Part shown: piece by piece, positions 9,697-17,898 of the stretch | Layout: every line of letters begins with the position of its first letter | How positions within the stretch are numbered: the stretch's first letter is position 1 | Assembly: GCF_001412615.1 (NCBI RefSeq) | Contig: NZ_CP013011.1 | Span: forward strand, 630,001 to 662,000 | Direction: 5' to 3' | Source of the DNA: Pyrodictium delaneyi | Lineage (GTDB): Archaea; Thermoproteota; Thermoprotei_A; Sulfolobales; Pyrodictiaceae | DNA: 32,000 nucleotides | Made by a program: the position numbers and the translations under genes | The notes under the pieces: model-generated | The model's input: only the letters and a program-made list of their open reading frames with translations | Databases searched by the model: none | What the model was told of the DNA's origin: nothing

Positions 9697-10085
9697 GCCG
9701 CCACCCTCTTTGCTGCATCCTTCCCCGGTTAGGCGCTCCGAAAATCCATGGGGGCGATATCCTGGTGGTGTGGAAGCTCCGGGAGGTTGAGGTAACCCGC
9801 TAGCGCGGAACCAGCCCCCGTGTACTGCTGCGCGGAGAGCAGGACCCATCCTTTAAACCTAGGCGGTGCCCAAGGCTTTACTGTCGCATACCAGCCACAA
9901 CCAGGTGGTGGCAACCCTGTAGAGGCTGGCATGGGTAGGCAAGTGTAACTGCTTAGAGGAAAAGGCCCGCAGGGCGGGAAGCCCCGCCTCCACCTCATAG
10001 AAGCCCAGGGGCGTGCGCCCCTCTCGGTGGAGGCAATGGCTCCCGTGTGGACTCTTAGACCAAGCGCTCTGCTGGCTAAAGAGGA
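9697..10085. other. GC-rich, helix-dense non-coding spacer inside the ABC operon (candidate structured RNA or processing element)
   Basis: About 62% GC by hand count, against AT-rich spacers elsewhere. The + strand is dense in stop codons, and the - strand ORFs there (9729..9998 and the upstream extension of 8662..9849) are Pro/Gly-rich and not protein-like. Several 6-8 bp helices are present (see finding). No Rfam-type motif recognised. Confidence 0.35.
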
Positions 10086-11603
10086 TTAACCCTCCGTCAT
10101 AGCAGTGGCTATCTTCTCTACGTCGAAAGGCCTCTCAGCTGTCAGCGTGGCCCTACCCTTAGACATGACTACTATACGGTCGGCTATCTCGAGTAGCTCG
10201 TCCAGATCCTCGGAGATAAGTAGTACTCCGGCACCCGAGTCTGCAGCCTCTGCGAGCAAGCTCCGCACCTTCTCGGCAGCGTCGACGTCTAGGCCACTCG
10301 TTGGGTTCATGGCGAGAACTAGTGTAGGCTGCTTGGCGAGTTCTCTGCCTACGATGAACCGCTGCATGTTGCCACCACTCATGCTCTCGACTGGTGCGTC
10401 GACAGCAGATACCTTCACCTTCATTTGCTCCACTATCTCTTCGCTTAGCTCTCTTGCACGTCTCCAATCTACTATGAAGCCGTGGAATGGGCCGCGAGGG
10501 GTGCTATAGAGTCCGAGGGCAATATTGAATACGAGACTCTTGCCCGGTACAAGTGCCCAGCCAAGCCTCTCCTCCGGGATCACAGCCACTCCTAGCCTTC
10601 CACGCACGGAGGGTGGAGCCCTGGTGACATCTACATCGCCTATCAGGATCCTACCACGGTGAGGCTTCCGGAGACCTATGAGGGCCTCGAAGAACTCGCG
10701 CTGTCCGTTACCGGCTACGCCTGCTACACCCACAATCTCATATCGATTTACAACCACGCTAACCCCCTTAACCGCTAGGACGCCGTGCTCGCCCCAAACC
10801 CAGAGATCCTCAACCACGAGTACTCGCTCGCTGCTAGAGCGGCGCCTCCTCTCGACGCGTGCGACGGGAATCCGCTCCCCGAACATGAGGTGTAGCAGCT
10901 TATCCTGGCTTGCTTCCTCGCGGCGGAGGACGCCTACAAGGCGCCCTCTACGCATAACAGCTATACGATCTGCAGACTTCATGACCTCTCGTAACCGGTG
11001 AGTTATCAATACAATCGAATGCCCCTCACGTGCCAGTCTGACGACGAGGTCTAGGAGCTTGTCAGCCTCCATGGGGGAGAGATGTGTCGTGGGCTCGTCG
11101 AGTAGTATGAGTCGGGCGTCGAGGATAAGCGCCTTCAGTATCTCTACCCGCTGCTTCTCGCCCATGGAGAGTCTCCACACTCGAGCATCGGGATCGACAG
11201 AGAGTCCATAGCGCTCTCCTAGGCTCCGGACCAGCTCCTTGACCTCATGTAGCCTGAACTCCTTGCCCGCCAGTCTAGCAGCTAGGGCGATGTTCTCCGC
11301 TACGGTGAAGGCGTCAACAAGTCTCGGGTTTTGGGGTACAAGTACTATACCAGACTCAGCGGCATCACGCGGGCTCCGAAATCTCACCTTCTTCCCGCAG
11401 TAGAGTACTTCGCCGCTCGTGGGCTGCTGGACCCCCGCGATTATGCTGACGAGGGTTGTCTTCCCTGCACCGTTCTCGCCAAGAAGAGCTAGAACCTCGC
11501 CCTGGTAAATGTCGAGCGACACATTATCGTTGGCTACTACACCACCTGGGTAGACCTTGGTTATACCCCGGAGTGATAGGAGAGGCTGGCAGTCAGCCAC
11601 CAT
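10086..11603 (-). CDS. ABC transporter ATP-binding protein with two fused NBDs (CUT2/BMP family)
   Basis: NBD1 has GENGAGKTT, LSMGEKQRV and LILLDEPT. NBD2 has the degenerate Walker A GVAGVAGNGQRE, MSGGNMQRF and LLISEDLDE, which is typical of sugar/nucleoside importers. Confidence 0.9.
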   Translation of the reverse strand: MVADCQPLLSLRGITKVYPGGVVANDNVSLDIYQGEVLALLGENGAGKTTLVSIIAGVQQPTSGEVLYCGKKVRFRSPRDAAESGIVLVPQNPRLVDAFTVAENIALAARLAGKEFRLHEVKELVRSLGERYGLSVDPDARVWRLSMGEKQRVEILKALILDARLILLDEPTTHLSPMEADKLLDLVVRLAREGHSIVLITHRLREVMKSADRIAVMRRGRLVGVLRREEASQDKLLHLMFGERIPVARVERRRRSSSERVLVVEDLWVWGEHGVLAVKGVSVVVNRYEIVGVAGVAGNGQREFFEALIGLRKPHRGRILIGDVDVTRAPPSVRGRLGVAVIPEERLGWALVPGKSLVFNIALGLYSTPRGPFHGFIVDWRRARELSEEIVEQMKVKVSAVDAPVESMSGGNMQRFIVGRELAKQPTLVLAMNPTSGLDVDAAEKVRSLLAEAADSGAGVLLISEDLDELLEIADRIVVMSKGRATLTAERPFDVEKIATAMTEG

Positions 11604-11677
11604 TATGGCCCCGGTGCATCGAGGGCTAGAAAACTGGGCTTAATGAAGCTAAGCCTAGCATACCAGATCATGAGGGT

Positions 11678-11923
11678 CTACTTGCCGCTGGGCTTGTAGC
11701 CTATCTCCTCGAGGTAGCGCTTCAGCGCTTCTACGTTCCACTCCCACTTGCTCTTCCTCCGGGAGTCGACGTAGAGGCCTAGCCTTCGCGCCTCCTCCGG
11801 TGTTAGTCCGACCTCAGCTAGCTCAGCTAGGCTGAAACCTCGTCCCTCGCGTACACCTGGGTCTGCACCGCCATACTTGAGCAGCCTAGGCTTCTTCACT
11901 ATAGCGCGTGGCGCCTCAACCAT
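11678..11923 (-). CDS. rpl13e: ribosomal protein L13e (eL13)
   Basis: 81 aa. [10 protein letters not shown]...[32 protein letters not shown] matches the archaeal L13e pattern. Confidence 0.8.
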   Translation of the reverse strand: MVEAPRAIVKKPRLLKYGGADPGVREGRGFSLAELAEVGLTPEEARRLGLYVDSRRKSKWEWNVEALKRYLEEIGYKPSGK

Positions 11924-12003
11924 ACCGGCTCCCCGCCCGAAGCCGGAGAGATAAGGGTGGCTTTAAGGCTAGCCTCCCCAGGAGCCTTCTAGGCGTCAGT
12001 CCT

Positions 12004-12465
12004 TTACCCGGTCAGCGGTGATACGAAGTCCTCCTTTATCGAGCGGAGTACCAGGCTAGTTACGCTTCGCCGCACGTAGGGTAGCCGATTTATCTTCTTC
12101 AGGAAGCGGTCCAGCTCGTTGACATTACGGAACTTAGCTATAACTGCGAGGTCGTAGTCACCGGTTATGTCGTAGACGGCCATAACGCTTGGATCCCTTG
12201 CAATGTATTCGCCAGCGTCGAGTATCTTACCTCCTTCAACTTGTAGTAGCACGATGGCCGTAACGTTGTAACCTAGTGCATCGTAGTCCGGCAGAATGGT
12301 GAAACGCTTTATCACACGGTTTTCAACAAGGCGGCGTAAACGGGCATGGACTGTTGAGCCTGCTAGACCTAGCTCCCTAGCTAGATCTCTTATGCTGCGT
12401 CGTGAGTCCTTTGCTAGTAGACGTATGAGTTTTAAATCAGTCTCGTCGACGCCTAGACCTGTCAA
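12004..12465 (-). CDS. Lrp/AsnC family transcriptional regulator
   Basis: N-terminal HTH (DLKLIRLLAKDSRRSIRDLARELGLAGSTVHARLRRL) plus a C-terminal RAM/AsnC_trans_reg domain. TTG start. Confidence 0.85.
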   Translation of the reverse strand: MTGLGVDETDLKLIRLLAKDSRRSIRDLARELGLAGSTVHARLRRLVENRVIKRFTILPDYDALGYNVTAIVLLQVEGGKILDAGEYIARDPSVMAVYDITGDYDLAVIAKFRNVNELDRFLKKINRLPYVRRSVTSLVLRSIKEDFVSPLTG

Positions 12466-12727
12466 GCCGTAACCACCTTATCATAGTGTAGATGGTAGGG
12501 TGATACTTAGTGTATAGCACTCACTCAGCCCTAAGATGTTAGAGACTATGGCTAGTCCAATAAGAAACATTTCGCGTTAAATCCTACATTTGCGACCGGT
12601 TGTAGCTAAAGCTAAACTAGAGACCACGGTGTGGATATTATGGATGAGATGTAGCGCTAGCCGGGGAAAGCCTCTATAAGGCTACACTAGTAGCCCACGT
12701 TTACCGAGTGGAGGGGTAAACCAGGAG

Positions 12728-13018
12728 TTGGCAGGACTCCGCCGCCTCGTGCTAGACGTTCTAAAACCCCTCAAAGACCCATCTATAGTGGATGTTGCCC
12801 TTGAACTCAGTAAGGTAAAGGGTGTAGAAGCTGTAAATATTACTGTAAACGAAGTAGACGTCGAGACCCTCAGCTTGACAGTGGTTGTCGAGGGCGACAA
12901 CATAGACTTTGAGCGCGTGAGAGCAGTGCTAGAAGAAGTTGGCGCAGCAATACATAGCATAGACCAGGTAGTTGCAGGAGAACGCCTAGTCGAGATACCT
13001 AGGAGGCCACGTGAATAA
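12728..13018 (+). CDS. DUF211 family protein
   Basis: LRRLVLDVLKP...VNITVNEVDVETLSLTVVVEG...IHSIDQVVAG matches the archaeal DUF211 pattern. TTG start preceded by GGAGGGG. Confidence 0.8.
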   Translation: MAGLRRLVLDVLKPLKDPSIVDVALELSKVKGVEAVNITVNEVDVETLSLTVVVEGDNIDFERVRAVLEEVGAAIHSIDQVVAGERLVEIPRRPRE

Positions 13019-13094
13019 CTACTCAACTCTGCCTCTCTGGATTTAATTGTTATAAGATTAACGGTCTACCGGGTTCGGAAGAGGTGTCTCTCGT

Positions 13095-13436
13095 ATGGCT
13101 GGAGAGAAAGCCTACATTACTATAGACGAATTTGCACGCATAGACCTGCGTGTAGGTAAAGTTGTAGAGGCTGAAAGGATACCGGGTACACGCCTGCTAA
13201 AGCTCGTCGTGGACCTAGGGAGTGAGAAACGGCAGATAATATCCGGGATAGCAGAGTACTATAGCCCTGAGGACTTGCTAGGCAAGAAGGTTGTAGTCGT
13301 TGCCAACCTTAAGCCTAAGAAGATACGGGGTTATCTCAGTGAGGGAATGATACTTGCAGCTGGTTGCGAGAAGAATCAGCGTCCCGTGCTAGTCACTGTT
13401 GGTGACGAGGCGGAGCCCGGCTGGAAGATTTGCTAG
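13095..13436 (+). CDS. stand-alone tRNA-binding domain protein (Trbp111/CsaA/MetRS C-terminal-like)
   Basis: FARIDLRVGKVVEAERIPG...LKLVVDLG...RQIISGIA.YY.PEDLLGKKVVVVANLKPKKIRG..SEGMILAA is the OB-fold tRNA_bind signature. Confidence 0.85.
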   Translation: MAGEKAYITIDEFARIDLRVGKVVEAERIPGTRLLKLVVDLGSEKRQIISGIAEYYSPEDLLGKKVVVVANLKPKKIRGYLSEGMILAAGCEKNQRPVLVTVGDEAEPGWKIC

Positions 13437-13509
13437 ATAGTTGAATCTAATCTTTTATCTTGGTAGTTTAACGATAACACTACTGGGAATCATTTTGTGC
13501 TATTGAACC

Positions 13510-14679
13510 GTGCATACCTCAAAGAAGTTGGTTCAAATTAAAGGGGATAGACACTCCTTGAATGCATGTCTTATAGGTTATGGCCGTGTAGGGAAGGTAA
13601 CGGCATCAATTCTCACTAGGGATTATAACGTAGACTTGCTAGTTTTTGATGCTTCTGGCCATAGAGTAGAGGAGGCTAGAGAGAGGGGGCTAGAAGCACG
13701 ACTCGCAGATGTATCTAATCCTAGTGTCGCGGCTAGAATAGCAGCTGAATGCGACATAGTGGTAGCAGCTCTTCCAAGCCGGATAGCAGAACGTGTTGTG
13801 TCAAGACTTATTGAAGCCGGGGCTAATGTAATAGTGGATGTATCCTACGTAGCTGACCCAATGATTTTCCATCGACCAGCTGTGGAGCATGGTGTTAAAG
13901 TGTTCGTGGACGCGGGATTAGCTCCAGGATTTTCGAATATGCTTGCTAAACGTGTAGAGTCTCGTCTAGATAGAGTAGATAAACTCTTTATCTATGTAGG
14001 TGGTATATCGGCAGACAAGGATGACTTTCTTGGTCTCGTAGCGTCGTGGGCTGTCGACGACTTAGTCGAGGAGTACACGCGTAAAGCGAGAGCCCGTATA
14101 GCTGGCGAGGAGAAGCTCCTAGACCCCATATGGGATGCTGTAAGGATAGAATTGCCGGGATTAGGTCAGTTCGATGCGCTGCCTACTGACGGATTACGGA
14201 CACTACTTCGTAGTCTTGCTAGAGTGCCAACACTGGTAGAGTATACAATACGCTATCCGGGACACGTAGAGCTGCTTCGCTCGCTGCACCGTCTAGGTAT
14301 GTTTGACAATAAGCCTCATGTTGTAGCGGGTTGTGCGATATCGCCGCGTGACGTGTTTGTAAGGTTGTTGGAGGACCACCTTCCCCGGAATGGAGACCGT
14401 GTAATACTCCATATAGAAGCAGAAGGCGAGAAAAACGGCTACTGGGCGAAACTAAGTTACACATTGGACGTGACTCAAGAAGACCTAGAAATAGATGTAC
14501 CAGTACTAACTTACTTAACTGGACTCGTTCATGCATGGACGACGATACAGGCTATGAAAGGCTATGGTCATCCAGGTGTAAATGCACCAGAAGAATTGGC
14601 GCAAAAACTTGAAGAACTTGAAAAGTTCTTGCACAGCAAGGGTATTTATATTCACAAAAGATATTGCTACGAGTACTAA
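13510..14679 (+). CDS. saccharopine dehydrogenase-like NAD(P)-binding oxidoreductase
   Basis: Rossmann motif LIGYGRVGKV and DAGLAPGFSNMLA, typical of the Sacchrp_dh family. GTG start. Substrate not inferable. Confidence 0.65.
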   Translation: MHTSKKLVQIKGDRHSLNACLIGYGRVGKVTASILTRDYNVDLLVFDASGHRVEEARERGLEARLADVSNPSVAARIAAECDIVVAALPSRIAERVVSRLIEAGANVIVDVSYVADPMIFHRPAVEHGVKVFVDAGLAPGFSNMLAKRVESRLDRVDKLFIYVGGISADKDDFLGLVASWAVDDLVEEYTRKARARIAGEEKLLDPIWDAVRIELPGLGQFDALPTDGLRTLLRSLARVPTLVEYTIRYPGHVELLRSLHRLGMFDNKPHVVAGCAISPRDVFVRLLEDHLPRNGDRVILHIEAEGEKNGYWAKLSYTLDVTQEDLEIDVPVLTYLTGLVHAWTTIQAMKGYGHPGVNAPEELAQKLEELEKFLHSKGIYIHKRYCYEY

Positions 14680-15259
14680 GCATACGGGCTAAGAGACATG
14701 GTATAGGGCATGAAAAGAAGTTGTAATGTAGTGTAGAACAATGGGCAGTGAAGACTGGTATTACCGCTGACCCAGTGAGGGGATGATTGGGCCCATCCGC
14801 TGCAGAGCCCCTTAATGGCTGTATACAGTATGCATTTTTATCGAAACTGTTAGCAGTTGTAACTTCTAGCTCGCGGCTCTGTATCATGCGGTATGATGAG
14901 GAGCTGGCGAACAAAGCCCTGGGCTCCGGGGCTATGACGATGACTTATAAAAGGTGGGGGTGCTGACCACTATATTGTCCTCTCGTATAGCTACTATCGT
15001 GTTCATCAAACCTTTTGAGGTATCAAAAGTTGTGTGGGACTTAATTAATTGAAATGTTTTTTAGATAATGTACTTTGCCAGTAGGGATGAGTCGTGTATA
15101 CATTGGGCAAAGGTATAAAGTCCGAGCTATCAGAATGATTAAGCATAGACATCGATTGGGTTTGGATTCACAAGGGTTAATTGAGAGATAGGCTTAAGTA
15201 TTTGGTATATTAGTTTCGGTGGTGGGATCCAAATAGTTTAACCATTGTAAAGTGGAGGA

Positions 15260-17155
15260 TTGAAAGCTTTGCCCACCCGTGAAATGTTGATAGACCCGAT
15301 AACCCGTATTGAGGGTCATCTAGGTCTGCGCGTTATCGTAGACACTGAAGCTAGGAAGCCAGTCAAGGATAGTGTTCGTAGTTTCGTTACTATGTTCCGT
15401 GGCTTCGAAGTCTTCGACCTCGGGAGACCGCCGGAGGATCTCCCCCACATTAACAGCCGAATCTGTGGTGTATGTGGAGCAAGCCATGCTAATGCTAGCG
15501 TTATTGCAGTAGACATGGCTTATGGTGTATCGCCTTACCGTATGGGTGTCACCCTTAGGAACATGGCTTTTGCTATGACTGACCATATCTACGATCATAC
15601 AATAATACTTAACATGTTGGAAGGGCCAGACTATAGTAGCGCAGTGGTTGCTTTCATGACACCTTCGGTCTATGACCAAGCAAAGAAGACGCTCGCAGAG
15701 CATCGTGATATACATGGATTCACCACGATAGCAGAGATAATGGATGCCTTGACTCCTATAACAGGTAAACTCTGGCAACTAGCAGCTAAGTTCCAGCGTT
15801 ATGCCCGAGAGGCAGGCGTACTCATATATGGTAGACACAGCCATCCATCAACTCTAATACCTGGCGGTATATCAACCGACCTAAGCAACGCGGAATACCT
15901 CGTAACTGGATACATATTCCGTCTAACAAAGCTTACTGCCTGGACAAAGTATATGTACACAGCATGGTACGACCTACTGAAGTTCTATGAAGATCTAGGC
16001 TACGCCGAAAATGGTATCAGTTACCACCCTGATCCGGCTAAGTCAACTGTACTTGCTGTCGCAAGTAGCGGTATATTCGATGACCCAGAAACATATGAAA
16101 GTGTAGGTGACTACGTGGAGTGGGAAGAATTCTATAAGAAGATGGACGAGAACGCAAAGAAGAGAATGATAAAGCCTGGCATAGTACTCAAGGGCAACTT
16201 AGTCACGACAAGTTATGCTGACTACAATGCAAGCATAATGGAGCATACTGAACGTGCATTCTTCAAGGACTGGAAGGACAAAGCCAAGGAACTCCCATGG
16301 TATGGTGAGCTGGAAGCCCGCAACTTCCGCGATCCACTCGGTAATGAACTGCTATGGGGCAAGTACGATCCGGTATACCATCCATGGATTAAAGTGACCA
16401 TACCGGAGCCTAGTGCCAGAGACTGGGCAGGCAAGTATAGTTGGGTAACACACATACGCCTCGTGTGGAAGGACGGTACGATAACACCATTCGAGGTTGG
16501 CCCCTACGCGAGGCTCCTAGTGGCAAGCAAACAACCAGGCAGCGACTATATCGGTCTATACAAGAGTGACGGTAACGGTACACTAAGAGTAACCCTGCCA
16601 CGTGCATGCACAGATGAGCTCCCAGCGAGTGTATGTGAAGAGATGACCTTTGAGTGGAAGGTGCCAGAGTTTAGCTCAACCCTCTATAGGCTATGGGCTC
16701 GCGCATTCAACCTAGTAATCGACATTGCAGTTGCTTGGAATAATGCAACAAAAGCCCTAGAGTATGTAAAAGCAGGTACAGTAAAGACAAGCAGACCGTG
16801 GAAGACACCGAACAAGATCACCTTCGGCGTAGGTTTCACCGAAGCTCCACGCGGTACAGTGAGGCACTGGGTAGTACAGAAAGCTGGTAGAACACTCAAT
16901 ATACAGATACATGCACCATCGACCGGCAATGTGAGTCCACAGGACAAGTGGGGCTACAGCCCATTCGAACAGAGCGTAATTAACACCATAGTAACTGAGG
17001 AGACAAAGCCTGAGGAATGGACAGGACTAGACTTCGTACGCTCTATAAGGAGCTTCGACCCATGCCTGGCATGTGCAGCACACATCCAGTTCATGAAAGG
17101 TGAAAAGTTAATAAAGAAAGTCAAAAAGGTAATAACAACAGCACACTACTGCTAA
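15260..17155 (+). CDS. [NiFe]-hydrogenase large subunit (precursor form with C-terminal extension)
   Basis: DPITRIEGH. Ni-site motifs RICGVCGASH (nt 15458-15487) and DPCLACAAH (nt 17057-17083). EAPRGTVRHW. A 23-aa tail follows the His. The start is ambiguous: TTG 15260, TTG 15269 or ATG 15284. Confidence 0.9.
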   Translation: MKALPTREMLIDPITRIEGHLGLRVIVDTEARKPVKDSVRSFVTMFRGFEVFDLGRPPEDLPHINSRICGVCGASHANASVIAVDMAYGVSPYRMGVTLRNMAFAMTDHIYDHTIILNMLEGPDYSSAVVAFMTPSVYDQAKKTLAEHRDIHGFTTIAEIMDALTPITGKLWQLAAKFQRYAREAGVLIYGRHSHPSTLIPGGISTDLSNAEYLVTGYIFRLTKLTAWTKYMYTAWYDLLKFYEDLGYAENGISYHPDPAKSTVLAVASSGIFDDPETYESVGDYVEWEEFYKKMDENAKKRMIKPGIVLKGNLVTTSYADYNASIMEHTERAFFKDWKDKAKELPWYGELEARNFRDPLGNELLWGKYDPVYHPWIKVTIPEPSARDWAGKYSWVTHIRLVWKDGTITPFEVGPYARLLVASKQPGSDYIGLYKSDGNGTLRVTLPRACTDELPASVCEEMTFEWKVPEFSSTLYRLWARAFNLVIDIAVAWNNATKALEYVKAGTVKTSRPWKTPNKITFGVGFTEAPRGTVRHWVVQKAGRTLNIQIHAPSTGNVSPQDKWGYSPFEQSVINTIVTEETKPEEWTGLDFVRSIRSFDPCLACAAHIQFMKGEKLIKKVKKVITTAHYC

Positions 17156-17170
17156 ACAAGATAATATGCC

Positions 17171-17179
17171 TTCTTTTTG
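17171..17179 (+). terminator. oligo-T tract, candidate archaeal terminator
   Basis: TTCTTTTTG lies 16 nt after the hydrogenase stop. A second T-run is near 17208-17215. Confidence 0.35.
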
Positions 17180-17327
17180 TGTATATGATTGATATCCTCT
17201 TCCCGCCTTCTTTTCGATTGACTTTGCTTATCGGCATCATGGTTAATATAAGCGTGGCCCTATGTCTTTGCTTTATCACCTTAATACAGAAAAACAAGAG
17301 CTTCAGTAAACTTCGTGGGGTATTACA

Positions 17328-17894
17328 GTGAGGCAGCTCGCAGATTACGCTATGATAGCATTCATAGAAGCCATAAAGAAGGGATTTCCGATATATGCTA
17401 AGAAGTTTATGAGCGACGTTATACTTGTACGTAATAGACATGGACGAGGGATTCTATATGTAAATCATATCAATATGGATGATGGTTCTCGCTATATAAC
17501 TGTAGCGGCGGACAAGTATAGTGTCTGGGGTGTACGCGTAGTAAGGATTAAGGATGGAGAAATAATTGAAGTGAACGAGCACTTAGTTCCTGATGCTATA
17601 GGTCAGCATATTGAGCTTATATCAACATACGAAGTCGACGTTTGGAGTAAGAGGCTGAAACTGTTTAATAAGAGACGCAAGGTAGATGATGTGCCGGATT
17701 TACTAAAACCCTTCGAAAGAATGGGAGCAAGAATAATGTATATTGACGATATATTCGATTATCTAGTGGTGTTTGACGATGTTGTACCTGTTTGGTATAA
17801 TAAGCTTACAGGGAAAATAGATGATTCTCGTGAATGGTTAAAGGCAATGGGGCTTCTCCCTAAGGAGCTTGAGAATGTAGAGCTTAAAGTCTAG
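17328..17894 (+). CDS. hypothetical protein (cysteine-free, low GC)
   Basis: 188-aa ORF with a GTG start (alternative ATG 17349). No TM segments, no Cys, no recognised motif. Its AT-rich composition is like its neighbours. Confidence 0.45.
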   Translation: MRQLADYAMIAFIEAIKKGFPIYAKKFMSDVILVRNRHGRGILYVNHINMDDGSRYITVAADKYSVWGVRVVRIKDGEIIEVNEHLVPDAIGQHIELISTYEVDVWSKRLKLFNKRRKVDDVPDLLKPFERMGARIMYIDDIFDYLVVFDDVVPVWYNKLTGKIDDSREWLKAMGLLPKELENVELKV

Positions 17895-17898
17895 AGTG

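Noticed and set aside
8662-9849. Upstream extensions of track ORFs: 9697-9849 of the permease, 1913-2059 of UDG, 2003-2050 of udp, 4109-4195 of the ThiS-like gene, and 31379-31426 of pyrE.
   Set aside because: The extensions are Pro/Gly/Arg/Cys-rich and non-protein-like, or they overlap neighbouring genes. Internal starts give N-termini that match the family norms.
9705-10084. 7-nt inverted match CCTCTTT (9705-9711) with AAAGAGG (10078-10084) at the spacer ends, as possible MITE termini.
   Set aside because: It is too short to distinguish from chance, and both copies coincide with RBS-like or stop-adjacent sequence. No target-site duplication is seen.
9697-10085. Tried to identify the GC-rich spacer as RNase P RNA or SRP (7S) RNA, given srp19 in the window and local resemblances such as GGAAGCUCCGGG, GGGUAGGC, CCUGUAG and CUCCGGGAGGUUGAGG.
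   Set aside because: I found no strand on which a P4 pairing partner (CR-I with an ACAGAA..CCGGCUUA-type CR-V) exists. I also found no GGAA/GNAR-capped helix 8 or helix 6 motifs, and no long helix-5-like rod. The resemblances are short and could be chance. It remains an unclassified candidate only.
10105-11001. Antisense shadow ORFs inside real genes, for example 834-1175, 10105-10509, 10159-10467, 10678-11001, 12682-13026, 15320-15778, 16684-16947, 24355-24627 and 28351-28908.
   Set aside because: They lie opposite strongly supported CDSs, are Ser/Arg/Pro/Thr-rich as expected for antisense frames of GC-rich genes, and carry no recognisable motifs.
14552-14914. 120-aa minus-strand ORF upstream of the hydrogenase.
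   Set aside because: It overlaps the 3' end of the saccharopine-DH-like gene. Its composition is Cys/Ser/Phe-rich and low-complexity, and it has no RBS or family signal. Likely spurious.
14888-14970. C/D-box sRNA-like string: AUGAUGA at 14893-14899, CGAUGA at 14938-14943 and CUGA at 14963-14966.
   Set aside because: The spacing is non-canonical: 19 nt between the C'-like box and the D box instead of about 12. There is no clear D' box. The overall span is 74 nt, and the terminal stem pairs only 3 of 4 positions. A similar weak pattern at 18558-18695 fails for the same reasons.
14680-15259. Possible decayed hydrogenase small-subunit pseudogene upstream of the large subunit.
   Set aside because: All three + strand frames are riddled with stops, and I could find no remnant CxxC/GCxGP Fe-S motifs or Tat signal by eye. 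A sensitive tblastn search would be needed to exclude it fully.
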